This document shows, piece by piece, positions 28,599 to 38,563 of a stretch of DNA of 53,419 bases. The stretch spans positions 1 to 53,419 of the forward strand of contig JAYNIA010000012.1 of the NCBI GenBank assembly GCA_038108555.1, read 5' to 3'. Every line of letters starts with the position of its first letter. Within the stretch, counting starts at the first letter, position 1. The translations under genes were made by a program, and so were the position numbers. The notes under the pieces are model-generated. The model saw only the letters and a list, made by a program, of their open reading frames with translations, ran no database searches and was not told the origin of the DNA. The stretch comes from Nitrospinota bacterium (lineage in GTDB: Bacteria; Nitrospinota; Nitrospinia; Nitrospinales; VA-1).

Positions 28599-29612
28599 TT
28601 ACTCTGTGATACCTGCTTCCTGACGCCTTTTTTCAACTTCTGCTTTATGACTGTTTCTCCATTCGATAAGATCTTCGAGTCCCTGGCGAAGTTCTATTTT
28701 CGCTTCAAACCCAATTTCATTTTTTGCTTTTATGGGACAGCCAATTCGGTTTTTCACAAATGTCATTCCAGCAGGTTCGTATTGAATTTCAAGATTTGAA
28801 CCGGTAATTTCCAGCAATAACTCGGCTAATTCTTTTATGGTGGTTCTTATCCCTCTTCCTACATTATAAAATTCATCTGTAGTGTCCGCTTTCATGGCGC
28901 AAACATTGGCGCGACCACAATCAACGACATTTATGAAGTCATAGGCCTGGGACCCGTCGCCATAAACTACCGGTGGCAACCCCTTATCCAAGCGATCCAG
29001 GATTTTCATTATGACGGCAATGTAAGCCCCATGATAATCCTGCCGGGCTCCGTAAACATTCATATAGCGCAATCCAACATAATCAAAATGCTGATCGGTG
29101 TCTTTATATCTATGGTGAAGAGAACGGCACATATGTTCGCCGGCAATTTTTGTTGCACCATAGAAGTTGGTGTTGTTATAGGGATGTTCTTCTTTCATAG
29201 GTTCTTCAATTGCATCTCCGTAAACGGAAGCTGAAGATGAAGAAACCAGTCGCTTTACACCATTGTTTATCATGGCTTCTAATACATTAAAGGTTCCACC
29301 AATATTCACTTCAAATGCTGAACGCGGATAGTCCCAGCAGTGCAATAGCCACAATGCGGCAAAATGAAATACTCCATCCATATCCTTCATTGCGGTATCT
29401 AAAATGTCGCGATGCATTAAGTCTCCGCCAAGAGGGAAGATATTTACCCTGGGGTCTTTAAGAGCCTCCGCGATATTCTCTTCGCTTCCGCGAGTCATAT
29501 TGTCAAAGATGCGAATTTCGGAGACATCTTCTTTAACCAGCTCATCAACGGTATGCGACCCAATAAGTCCGGCTCCGCCAATAAGCAGTAAACGTTTATT
29601 TTTTAAATTCAT
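28599..29612 (-). CDS. NAD-dependent NDP-sugar epimerase/dehydratase (extended SDR)
   Basis: 337 aa: GGAGLIGS, SSSASVYG, YGATK, LRYMNVYG. Confidence 0.92.
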   Translation of the reverse strand: MNLKNKRLLLIGGAGLIGSHTVDELVKEDVSEIRIFDNMTRGSEENIAEALKDPRVNIFPLGGDLMHRDILDTAMKDMDGVFHFAALWLLHCWDYPRSAFEVNIGGTFNVLEAMINNGVKRLVSSSSASVYGDAIEEPMKEEHPYNNTNFYGATKIAGEHMCRSLHHRYKDTDQHFDYVGLRYMNVYGARQDYHGAYIAVIMKILDRLDKGLPPVVYGDGSQAYDFINVVDCGRANVCAMKADTTDEFYNVGRGIRTTIKELAELLLEITGSNLEIQYEPAGMTFVKNRIGCPIKAKNEIGFEAKIELRQGLEDLIEWRNSHKAEVEKRRQEAGITE

Positions 29613-29699
29613 GGATACCCCTGTGGTCTGAAAATTCCTAGTGGATTAAAAGGTGGATTTTTTTGAAAGTTTTTTGTATCCCCGGTTTCAGGGTATTTA

Positions 29700-31199
29700 T
29701 TACTCCAAGGTATATAATCGGTAGGTTTCAAAAGAAACCAAAGACCCAATTTGCAATTCCTTGAGAAAATTTTCCGGCAAATAGCCCTCATAAGTCAGTA
29801 AATATTTAATTTTGTAATTTTTGACGATTTCGGAAACCGGTTTGAGAATTCTTGGCCAAACGGGTTCAATAAGTTTAAACCCATACCCATGCGCCCCCCA
29901 CAAAACCGACTTTTTGGTTTTATAGGCCACCACCTCGCTCCAATGCATGGGAAAGCACATGACCGCACCATTGGGTAAATTTTTTAAATGATTTAAGGCA
30001 TTATCCATATTCAAATCCACTTTTTGAGTTTTACTGCCCTTTAATTTCCAAAGATAAAAGCAGATACTTGAAAAACAGACCAGTAAAGTTCCAAAAAGCA
30101 GATATTCCACCATGATGTCGTGTTTTAATCCTCCCCAGATCATGGCAACCAAAAGTCCTGTCGGGAATGCGGCATTGTAGTTGTATAGGTATCCCTGCCC
30201 CAGGCATCGCAAAAAAGGGACAAACGTGGTCAATAAAATAAAGAGTAAAATCATGCCAAGCCATTGAACCAGCCAGCTATCCTCATAGGTTAGTTTGGTA
30301 TGCATGGGGTCTCCTCCATACATCCATAAAGATGCTAAAAAAACGACCCATCCCCAGGGGTTAAAACCGATCAGGTACCGAAGCTGGCGGAAAAAGCCTT
30401 TCCACCCCGAGAAATAATATTTTGTGGGTGTTTCATAATCTGGTTTCCCATAAACGGGCGATTCCTTGATCGGATGCGAGGATATCCACCGCCAGTTTCT
30501 ATTCCAGAATGAAACAATATCCCAATGAGCTTTTAGAACCTTCAGATAAAAACCTTTGCTGAGTATCAAGGCGGAAATAATAGAAAGCGGAACAAGCATC
30601 AACAGATGCCAGTCCTGAAACCATAAACCCGAAGCCAGGGAAAGGAACCAAAATAATTGGGTGGTCATTTTATGGGTCAAGAGGAGTAAGCCAGATATCA
30701 GAGCAACCAACGCCCAGCACCAGGGCATTCCTTCATGCCAGATTAGCCAGATCAGCAAAAGTACAATGATGTCCAGAAACAAAGCGGCAAGACCGCGAGG
30801 ATTGAGCTGGACATTGTAGCTTATTAGGATGGGAGTGAGGGCATAAACGACCCCGGCACCTATCATGGAGTTGAGTTTTCCCCCAATATAATACCCTGCA
30901 ACCATAAGTATAGCCAGGCGGACCAGATCTATACCAATAGCCAATAGGTGGCTGTTTTTATCAAAAACTTTTTTTGGAAGCTTTGCCATTAGCAATGGAA
31001 ACAGAGGAGGGTACCATTGATGGCGTTCTAGTAAAAACTGGGGCAGGGAAGGGGGGAACTTTCTATTTTTACGGTAATCTTCAATATAGGATTTCCAGTA
31101 CCAATGATCGACTCCCACCCCATGCGGAGCAATGAGATGAGGAATAAAACGAATAAACCCAGAGAAAACCAAAATTGAAATAAAAAAAAACCATTCCAT
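29700..31199 (-). CDS. Polytopic membrane protein, GT-C-like
   Basis: 499 aa with about 10 TM segments, Asp after TM1 (GVDHWYW), WYPPLFP and a soluble C-terminal domain. GT-C is inferred from architecture only. Confidence 0.55.
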   Translation of the reverse strand: MEWFFFISILVFSGFIRFIPHLIAPHGVGVDHWYWKSYIEDYRKNRKFPPSLPQFLLERHQWYPPLFPLLMAKLPKKVFDKNSHLLAIGIDLVRLAILMVAGYYIGGKLNSMIGAGVVYALTPILISYNVQLNPRGLAALFLDIIVLLLIWLIWHEGMPWCWALVALISGLLLLTHKMTTQLFWFLSLASGLWFQDWHLLMLVPLSIISALILSKGFYLKVLKAHWDIVSFWNRNWRWISSHPIKESPVYGKPDYETPTKYYFSGWKGFFRQLRYLIGFNPWGWVVFLASLWMYGGDPMHTKLTYEDSWLVQWLGMILLFILLTTFVPFLRCLGQGYLYNYNAAFPTGLLVAMIWGGLKHDIMVEYLLFGTLLVCFSSICFYLWKLKGSKTQKVDLNMDNALNHLKNLPNGAVMCFPMHWSEVVAYKTKKSVLWGAHGYGFKLIEPVWPRILKPVSEIVKNYKIKYLLTYEGYLPENFLKELQIGSLVSFETYRLYTLE

Positions 31200-31252
31200 A
31201 GTGAAGTGAAAAGAATATTTTTTGAGTTAGTTTCTGAAGATTCCTGTAAAAA

Positions 31253-32179
31253 TTAAGTTAAACGATTGCGAAGGGAGGAGGTGATTTTTTTAAAGCTTGT
31301 GTCTATTGAACAATCATTCAGACAAAAATCTATTATCTCCAATGCTTCGTTTCCGCTGCCAACCACGAATGAATTTTCTCTTTTCTCAAGAAGCTGTCCG
31401 TCAACTGCAAAAAAATCATAGTCAAGATTTACGGGTTTGGCCTCAAAAACCCTTATTTTTTGATCCATGTTTCCATTTAAAAAACAGAATGCTCCCTCGA
31501 AAGGTTTGGAAGAGGCTCTTATCAATCTATATATATTTTCAACACCGTCATTCCAAAATATTCTTGCATCTTCCGGCTTTCTTGAAAAAGTCCGCAGACC
31601 TCTTATTTTTTTCTGCGGATTGGGCTTGTTTCCATTTTGGATTAAATGGAGAGTTTCAAAAAATCCACAAGGGACCTCTTTGGACAACCACTCATAAATT
31701 TCGGTAATGTAAGTGTCCTTTGTAAGATTAAAAGTTTTTTTGAGATAAATGGGGCCTGAATCCAGCTCTTCACTCATTTCGTGGAATGTCAGGGTCACAC
31801 TTTTTTCATCATTTAAGATTGCCCAATTGGGGCAGGCATTCCCCTTATAGCGAGGAAGATCGCCAACATGAGCATTTAATACCCCCAGATTAAAAAGCTT
31901 CAAAAAGGTATCGGGTAATATATTTATGAAATTGAACGAAACAACCAAATCCACTGAGGAAAAATCGGCTGACTGCAGGATGGGGTTTAGATTTGCGGAG
32001 TTATAAAAGGGACACCCAATAATTTCTGAAATCTCTTTGAACTCGTTTTCCCCACATTTATAAAAGGGTTCTGCCTTTGAGGTCCAAATAAATGAAATTT
32101 CATGGGTGTTGTCCTGCTGCAACTTTTTAATAGTATCCAGCAGCATTCTAGTCCTTCCCATAAATCCGATTCGCATCAA
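31253..32179 (-). CDS. Sugar N-formyltransferase (Fmt-like)
   Basis: 308 aa: RIGFMG, NAHVGDLPRYKGNACPNW, ELDSGPI, LIRASSKPFEGAF. Confidence 0.88.
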   Translation of the reverse strand: MMRIGFMGRTRMLLDTIKKLQQDNTHEISFIWTSKAEPFYKCGENEFKEISEIIGCPFYNSANLNPILQSADFSSVDLVVSFNFINILPDTFLKLFNLGVLNAHVGDLPRYKGNACPNWAILNDEKSVTLTFHEMSEELDSGPIYLKKTFNLTKDTYITEIYEWLSKEVPCGFFETLHLIQNGNKPNPQKKIRGLRTFSRKPEDARIFWNDGVENIYRLIRASSKPFEGAFCFLNGNMDQKIRVFEAKPVNLDYDFFAVDGQLLEKRENSFVVGSGNEALEIIDFCLNDCSIDTSFKKITSSLRNRLT

Positions 32180-32880
32180 ATATCCTCCAGACTTATGGGT
32201 TGACCATTCGATTCCAAAATTGCCCTTAGAAAATCTCGAACCCCCACGCTAGGATTAGAATGTTTTTCCACTTCATTTGCGTTTAATTCGAACAGCTCTC
32301 TGCCATTTTGAATTTCTTTTAAGGATGAATATTCCGTTCCATTTGTCGAGTTGAGATGGACATGGATGGGATGGAAATCAAAAATAGTGATGTCTCCATA
32401 GAAGCGTTCTTCATCATACTTTACAAAATCCTTGATGAATTCTGCATCGTCTTCCCAGTTATATAAAATCCGGTCAAAAGATATACCTCCAAAAGTAAAT
32501 TTGCATTTTTGCACGTGCCTTGCTTCATGCATGAATAACGATAGGTCTGTTGTCAGTTGGTCATAGTTTCCGAAGATTTCCGCGAGTAATGGAGAAGATT
32601 GGATTAAACAATGAGTTCTCATAAAACGAGCATTTGGTGCATAGCTTAAGCATTTATCAATCACCTCTGAGGTTGATTTGCCGTGATTGCTGTTGGGTAA
32701 AAAATTTGGATGTATTCCCAGTTCATGTCCTTGCTGAAGAATTTCTTTGTTAAGATCTGTATGGTGTAAAGTAAAAAATGTGGCCTTTACTTTGTATTCA
32801 GACAACATATCCAAACAGAGTTGTATAGAGGAATCAGGAGCCCAATCTATATCAAATGTGAGGTGGTATTTATTTTTCAT
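32176..32880 (-). CDS. Polysaccharide deacetylase/deformylase, WbmS-like
   Basis: 234 aa: LTFDIDWAPD, KATFF, ELGIHPNF, RTH, WEDD, FHPIH. Confidence 0.75.
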   Translation of the reverse strand: MKNKYHLTFDIDWAPDSSIQLCLDMLSEYKVKATFFTLHHTDLNKEILQQGHELGIHPNFLPNSNHGKSTSEVIDKCLSYAPNARFMRTHCLIQSSPLLAEIFGNYDQLTTDLSLFMHEARHVQKCKFTFGGISFDRILYNWEDDAEFIKDFVKYDEERFYGDITIFDFHPIHVHLNSTNGTEYSSLKEIQNGRELFELNANEVEKHSNPSVGVRDFLRAILESNGQPISLEDI

Positions 32881-33355
32881 CTAATTTGGAGATGGGAAAG
32901 TGTAAATGGTTTTACTAAGTTTTTTGAATGTTGGGTTGTCAATTCCGGGTCGAGTCTCAGATTTGTGCGGAAAAGTACGGTTTATCTTGGAACGAAAATG
33001 GAAGATTTGAAAAAATGTTCGCCCACTAAGCCAGCGTAAAACCTCCTCTATTTTGCCACTGCGGCCCTTTTAAAACAAGGGTTAATTGTATTTTTTTCAA
33101 AGGTTTATGGGGGTTCGGTTGGGGGTTCGAAAAATTTGCTATGCGTTTCCAGTTCAATCAAATGTATCTGGCACAAAATTTTTTGATTTTTATTCGGTCG
33201 ACGGGCAACCTTTTAAGAAAAATGGACTGGAATTTGTACTTTGGGAATGCTTTAATATTTTGTGTTTTCAAAGGCAAAGTTTTTGAAAGCTTAGCCTGCA
33301 CCGAATTCCCTCAGAAAAACCCGCATATTTTCAAAATTCCTTCGAGAAAACCTGT

Positions 33356-34507
33356 TTGAAAAACAAACTCCGTATAATTTATTTTATCACTGAAGATTGG
33401 TATTTTTGGTCTCACCGCCGCTCCCTCGCGAAAGCCGCACAAAAAGCGGGGTTCAGCGTTACAATTATTACTCGGGTCAATAAATATAAAGACCTCATCG
33501 AAAATGAAGGGTTCCACCTTATCCCCATAAAGTTGGTTCGTAGCAGCAAGAACCTGTTTTCAGAATTCTCGAGTTTTTTAGAAATCTATAAGATTTATCG
33601 TAGGGAAAAACCGGATATCGTCCACCACGTAGCTCTTAAACCCATATTGTATGGAACTTGGGCTGCAAGGTTTGCCAGGGTTCCATGTATTGTCAATCTC
33701 TTCGCCGGTGTTACCACCAAATTTCATGCGGATAAATGGAAGTCGATAATCCTTCAGAAAGTGGTAAATCTGGTATTCCGGCTGGGGTTTGCGGGGGGGA
33801 AAGCATACGCGGTTTTTCAGAATGCTTTTGACAGACAGTCTTTTCTCGATAAAGGTATTTTGAAAGAGAAAAGCACAGGATTGATTAGTGGTTCAGGTGT
33901 GGATATTTACCGTTTTAAAGATACCCCGGAGCCGACTGGAACTCCGCTTGTTATTTTGGCCTCAAGGATGCTTTGGGACAAGGGGGTGGGGGAGTTTGTA
34001 GAGGCGGCAAAAATGTTAAAGAAAGAAGGGGTGAATTGCCGCATGCTTTTGGTGGGGAGTCCCGATCCCGAAAACCCGGACCCACTTCCCTCAACCTTGA
34101 TTGAAAAATGGCAATCGGAGGGCGTGGTTGAATGGTGGGAAAACCGGGATGATATGCCCGAAGTGTTCTCAAAGGCAAATATTGTCTGCCTTCCCTCCTA
34201 CCATGAGGGTTGCCCAAAGGTGCTTATTGAAGCCGCTTCTTGTGGGCGGGCCATAGTCACCACCGATGTTGCAGGGTGTAGGGAAGTGGTTCGCCATAAT
34301 GAGAATGGGCTGCTGGTTCCTGTGAAAAACCCCATTGCTCTGGCCGAATCCATAAAATTGCTGGTGCAATCTCCCGAAAAAAGGGCTCAAATGGGTAAAA
34401 AGGGCCGGGAAATTGCAGTTGAGAAGTTTTCTGAAGAAAAAGTAATCAATAAAACTCTGGAGGTATACAATATGCTTCTAGAAAGAGCAAAAGTTAAAGG
34501 GAAATGA
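33356..34507 (+). CDS. Glycosyltransferase family 4 (CapM/PglA-like)
   Basis: 383 aa with TTG start: EDWYFWSHR, KPILYG, GSGVD, SRMLWDKGVGEF, PSYHEGCPKVLIEAA. Confidence 0.92.
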   Translation: MKNKLRIIYFITEDWYFWSHRRSLAKAAQKAGFSVTIITRVNKYKDLIENEGFHLIPIKLVRSSKNLFSEFSSFLEIYKIYRREKPDIVHHVALKPILYGTWAARFARVPCIVNLFAGVTTKFHADKWKSIILQKVVNLVFRLGFAGGKAYAVFQNAFDRQSFLDKGILKEKSTGLISGSGVDIYRFKDTPEPTGTPLVILASRMLWDKGVGEFVEAAKMLKKEGVNCRMLLVGSPDPENPDPLPSTLIEKWQSEGVVEWWENRDDMPEVFSKANIVCLPSYHEGCPKVLIEAASCGRAIVTTDVAGCREVVRHNENGLLVPVKNPIALAESIKLLVQSPEKRAQMGKKGREIAVEKFSEEKVINKTLEVYNMLLERAKVKGK

Positions 34508-34558
34508 CTCATTTGCCGATAAATCCTATAAATTATTTACCAATTAAGAAACCAATAG

Positions 34559-35218
34559 GTGCTTATGTTGACTATAGATGAAAAAGTAAAAACCAATTTT
34601 GAGTTGGGTGCTGAAAAATTCGATCGAATTTATGAGCCGACAGAAGAAAAAACCTTATTGAGTGGATGGTTGGATAAACGATTCCGGAAAACCATGTACT
34701 TTCGATTCGATGAAACTCTAAATAACATCGACAATGACAAGATTCAATCCGTGCTCGATGTGGGCTGTGGGTCGGGAAGATATTGTGTGGAGTATCTTAA
34801 GATGGGCAAAAAGGTGGTCGGAATCGATATGGCTTCCAACATGCTAAAAATTGCAAAAGAAACTTGTTCCGAGACGGTCCCCGAAGGAGATATTGAGTTT
34901 ATTTATGGGAATTATATGGACCACCACTTTGATGAGAAATATGATGCGGCTGTTTTAACAGGTTTATTCGATTACATCGAAGATGCTGAAAGTTTGATAA
35001 AAAAACTAAAAACAGATGTGAACCATATGGTGTTGGGTTCCTTTCCCAAGTCTGAGAGCTTTCTGAATAAAATCAGAAAAGTAAGGTACTTTTTCAAAAA
35101 TTGTCCGCTCTATCTCTATTCCAGAGAAAAACTCGAAAAAATGTTTCGCTCGGCAGGGATAGAAAACTTTACTATCACTGAAACGGATCGAGAGTATTAT
35201 GTCAGGTTGAATCTATAA
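34559..35218 (+). CDS. Class I SAM-dependent methyltransferase
   Basis: 219 aa: VLDVGCGSGRY, GIDMASNML, GLFDY. Confidence 0.85.
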   Translation: MLMLTIDEKVKTNFELGAEKFDRIYEPTEEKTLLSGWLDKRFRKTMYFRFDETLNNIDNDKIQSVLDVGCGSGRYCVEYLKMGKKVVGIDMASNMLKIAKETCSETVPEGDIEFIYGNYMDHHFDEKYDAAVLTGLFDYIEDAESLIKKLKTDVNHMVLGSFPKSESFLNKIRKVRYFFKNCPLYLYSREKLEKMFRSAGIENFTITETDREYYVRLNL

Positions 35219-35242
35219 TTCGTCCAAAGGTTTTTTCGATCT

Positions 35243-36094
35243 ATGAAATATGCGGTTCTTTCTTTGGATATTGAAGACTGGTACCACTTGGATTATTTTT
35301 CCGGAAAAGAATCCAACCGCGAATATTCCATGCTTGATGGGTTGGAGGTTTACCGGGAAACCCTTGCCTCGCATAATATCCCTTCTTCCTATTTCGTCCT
35401 TGGCGAGATAGCTCAATCTCTGAAAACGAAATTAAGGCAACTGGTCGACCAGGGGAACGATATTGGTTCCCACGGTTGGGGGCACGTGCGCCCATTAACC
35501 ATGGATAAGGATTCCTTTGAGTCTGAAATGCGATCGTGCAAGCAAAGCCTCGAAGATATTCTGGGAAAACCGGTGTTAGGTTACCGGGCTCCCTGTTTTA
35601 GTCTGGATCGAGAACGACTGGATATTTTAAGAGATATTGGATTTAAACTGGACTCGAGCCGGATCAAGTTTGGCGACCATCCTTTATATGGAGATTTGAA
35701 TCTGGATGGTTTTCATGAGAATTCTCAGGCGATTTACAGTTCTAAAGATTTTTTTGAATTTGAGGTGAGTACCCTTCCGATTTTTGGCAAACAAATTCCC
35801 GTATCCGGGGGAGGTTATTTGCGCATCTTTCCCTGGGTAATCATGGGAAGGTTGATTGAGAAATATTTAAAGAATAATAGTTTTTTTACTTTATACATCC
35901 ACCCTTTTGAATTATCTTCCCGGGCCAATCCGGGGTTCCCGCAAGAAACAGATCCTAAAAACAAGTTTCGTTTTTCTTTGGGTCGGTCAACGGTTGTCAA
36001 AAAACTCCATGCCTTGATTGAGTTGCTTAGGAAAAATGATTATCAATTTACAACCTTTTCTGCGCTGAGAAACAAACTCATCCATGATGCCTAA
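35243..36094 (+). CDS. Polysaccharide deacetylase family protein (DUF3473/XrtA-system type)
   Basis: 283 aa: SLDIEDWYH, GSHGWGH, GYRAPCFS, DSS, PVSGGGYLR, YIHPFE. Confidence 0.87.
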   Translation: MKYAVLSLDIEDWYHLDYFSGKESNREYSMLDGLEVYRETLASHNIPSSYFVLGEIAQSLKTKLRQLVDQGNDIGSHGWGHVRPLTMDKDSFESEMRSCKQSLEDILGKPVLGYRAPCFSLDRERLDILRDIGFKLDSSRIKFGDHPLYGDLNLDGFHENSQAIYSSKDFFEFEVSTLPIFGKQIPVSGGGYLRIFPWVIMGRLIEKYLKNNSFFTLYIHPFELSSRANPGFPQETDPKNKFRFSLGRSTVVKKLHALIELLRKNDYQFTTFSALRNKLIHDA

Positions 36095-36935
36095 TAAGCG
36101 AATTCTCATTACAGGGATATCCGGTTTTATTGGCTCCAAGCTTAAAGAAGTTTTATCAGCGAAGGGTTACGAGGTTTGGGGGATTTCTCGTCGGGATATG
36201 AAGAATGATTCCATTATTCAAGGCGACCTCAGTTCTATCGAATCTACCACCCATGCCTTTAGTAAAATTCCAGAATGTTCAATTGTTATTCACGCCGCAG
36301 CATTGGCGCATTCGACAACCAAACAACCTGGGCAGGATTATTATTCTGTCAATACAGCAATCACTAATAACGTGATAGCGCAGCTTGCTCAAAAACAGGT
36401 GAAACTCATTTTTTTGAGTTCCATTGCCGTTTATGGGTTGGAGGGGCGACGCTCTATTGTGACTCCGGGAAGTGAAAAAAGGCCTGCGACTAAATATGGA
36501 ATGAGCAAGTTAAAATGCGAGGATATTATTCGGGAATCCGGGTTGAATGATATTACCATTCTTCGTCCGGCTCCAGTGTTTGATGATGAACATACTGACG
36601 ATGTTAAAAAAAGAGTCTACTTCCCGGGACAGACAACATTAAAATATAAAATTCTCCCCTCCCCGAGTTATAGCCTGTGTCACATCGATACTCTTACAAA
36701 AATAATTCTAAGTTTGGTCGATGAAAAAAATGTCTCTTTAGAAACCCTCAATGTGGTGGACCCGGTTCCCTATGACCAGAACGAACTGGCAGAGAAGTTT
36801 CCTGGAATTGGAATTCCCGTCATTTCCTTTTTTATTCTGCCGATCTGGATATTTTTAAAACTTTTTGATTCGGGTTGGGGTTACTCAGTCAGTTGTAATC
36901 TTGGTAAATTGCTGAGCCACAATATTTACGAATGA
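36084..36935 (+). CDS. NAD-dependent epimerase/dehydratase family protein
   Basis: 283 aa: ILITGISGFIG, HAAALAH, LSSIAVYG, YGMSK. Confidence 0.87.
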   Translation: MMPNKRILITGISGFIGSKLKEVLSAKGYEVWGISRRDMKNDSIIQGDLSSIESTTHAFSKIPECSIVIHAAALAHSTTKQPGQDYYSVNTAITNNVIAQLAQKQVKLIFLSSIAVYGLEGRRSIVTPGSEKRPATKYGMSKLKCEDIIRESGLNDITILRPAPVFDDEHTDDVKKRVYFPGQTTLKYKILPSPSYSLCHIDTLTKIILSLVDEKNVSLETLNVVDPVPYDQNELAEKFPGIGIPVISFFILPIWIFLKLFDSGWGYSVSCNLGKLLSHNIYE

Positions 36936-36964
36936 GTATTTTGGGGCGGTTGAATTGGAAGAAG

Positions 36965-37528
36965 CTAATGGGAAATTTGTTCCCACTTGAATACGGCGCC
37001 GAGGGTTAAAACAAGAATTTTTAAATCCAGAAAAAAGGATCGGTTTTTCAGGTAAAACTCATCGAGTTTTACTTTTTCGTATACGGGTAGTTTGTCGCGG
37101 CCCAAAACTTGTGCCCAACCGGTAATTCCCGGGGGCAGGTTTTGTATCCCCGCTTCGGTTCTCAATGATATTAGATCATTCTGGTTGTGAAGAGCAGGTC
37201 TCGGACCCACAAGGGCCATATCGCCTTTTATGACACTCCAGATTTGGGGCAATTCATCCAGGCTGGTTTTTCTTAAAAACTTTCCAAACAAAGTGAGATG
37301 TTGTTCCGGGGTTTCCAGTAAATGAGTTGCGGTATCAGGTGGAGCGTCTACCCGCATTGTGCGAAATTTGGGCATTTGGAAAACCTGATTATTTTTGCCC
37401 ACACGCGAGGACCAGAAAATGATGGGTCCCACTGAAGTTATTCTGACAATTAAAGCTATGATCAATATGGGGATAAAAAATATAGTGCCAAGGAGAATTC
37501 CCAGAAAAAAATTAATTCCTCTTGTCAT
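36965..37528 (-). CDS. Initiating sugar transferase (small monotopic phosphoglycosyl transferase, PglC-like)
   Basis: 187 aa: KFRTM, LRKTSLDELPQIWSV.KGDMALVGPRP, PGITGWAQV.GR. Confidence 0.92.
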   Translation of the reverse strand: MTRGINFFLGILLGTIFFIPILIIALIVRITSVGPIIFWSSRVGKNNQVFQMPKFRTMRVDAPPDTATHLLETPEQHLTLFGKFLRKTSLDELPQIWSVIKGDMALVGPRPALHNQNDLISLRTEAGIQNLPPGITGWAQVLGRDKLPVYEKVKLDEFYLKNRSFFLDLKILVLTLGAVFKWEQISH

Positions 37529-37810
37529 TGGCGATACCTTGTTTGGTTAAGAAAAAGTAAAACATGCCTGGAAGGAGAGAAAATCGAGTTCTAGAATTCA
37601 TTTTGAACCGGCATAAAGTCCATGCTGTCTTAAGAATAGCTCATTAGATGTTTTGAAGCCAAGAAATTTTTATAATTTTCCGCTTTTTTCATCCAATAGT
37701 TTTCTCTCTTTTCTTATTTTAACGGCAATTTTTTTAAAAAACTTAACGGATTTTGGAGTCTCCCTCTTCATCATATCTTTATAAATGAGGAGGAGCTAAA
37801 GATCGAGAAT

Positions 37811-38551
37811 TTGTTCCAAAAAATTATGAGAAAAAAAATCCAGATAATTTTAATTACCCTGCTATTAATGGTTTCTTTGATAGGGTTTCTGAATATAAAT
37901 GTGACAACGAATCATGGGCGTGATTTTGTTGTTACAAGAAGCGAATTACCCTTATACCTCAAGTTGCTGGGGTTTTTTGACCGGCATTTCAATTATAAAC
38001 TGTTGGTCAAACAGGTGGTGGGACATTTGGAAACGCCTGAGGAAAAAGTGTTCCGGTTATTTGAATGGACTCACGAAACCATTCGCCCTCAACCAAAAAG
38101 TTTGCCCATAATGGATTCCCATGTCTGGGATGTTTATGTTCGCGGGTATGGTGTCAGCGATAATTTTCATGATTTGTTTTCCACCCTTTGCAATTATATT
38201 GGGGTCGATGCTTTTTTCGAGCGTTTGATGTTTGAAGATAGTCGAAATTATATTGATATTACTTTTGTGCATGTTAAAAGGGGATGGGTGGCATTTGACC
38301 CTTTTCACGGTGCTTATTTTAAAAACAAGGATGGGAAATGGGCTACGATTCAGGAATTAAAAACGGGGAATTGGCAATTGGCAAAACTGTCGAAATCCAT
38401 TGTAAAAGCGTCCTACTATAAACCTTTTTTCAAGTTAATCCCTGATACCCTAACTATGGGTTTGAAGAGGGCTAATACTCAATCTCCTGTCAACAGACTT
38501 AAACTGCAACTTCAGAACTTCTTTTTCAACCAAAAACCCTTGTTTGAATAA
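37811..38551 (+). CDS. Exported or membrane-anchored protein with a transglutaminase-like core
   Basis: 246 aa (ATG 37826 is an alternative start) with an N-terminal TM, LFEWTHETI, RGYGVSD..H.LF..LC..IG and GWVAFDP. Confidence 0.55.
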   Translation: MFQKIMRKKIQIILITLLLMVSLIGFLNINVTTNHGRDFVVTRSELPLYLKLLGFFDRHFNYKLLVKQVVGHLETPEEKVFRLFEWTHETIRPQPKSLPIMDSHVWDVYVRGYGVSDNFHDLFSTLCNYIGVDAFFERLMFEDSRNYIDITFVHVKRGWVAFDPFHGAYFKNKDGKWATIQELKTGNWQLAKLSKSIVKASYYKPFFKLIPDTLTMGLKRANTQSPVNRLKLQLQNFFFNQKPLFE

Positions 38552-38563
38552 GTTTGGATGCCA

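Noticed and set aside
33169..33184. TGGCAC as a sigma54 -24 box
   Set aside because: There is no TTGC at the -12 position (the sequence reads TTTT).
32821..33359. Short ORFs in the divergent intergenic gap
   Set aside because: They are 66-72 aa with non-ATG or weak starts and no recognisable motif; the region is better explained as divergent promoters.
11461..33789. Homopolymer tracts in glycan genes (C7 at 11461, G7 near 12006 and 33783, A9 at 31182) as phase-variation switches
   Set aside because: The tracts are short, all ORFs are intact, and A/T runs are common in this sequence. There is no evidence without read-level length variation.
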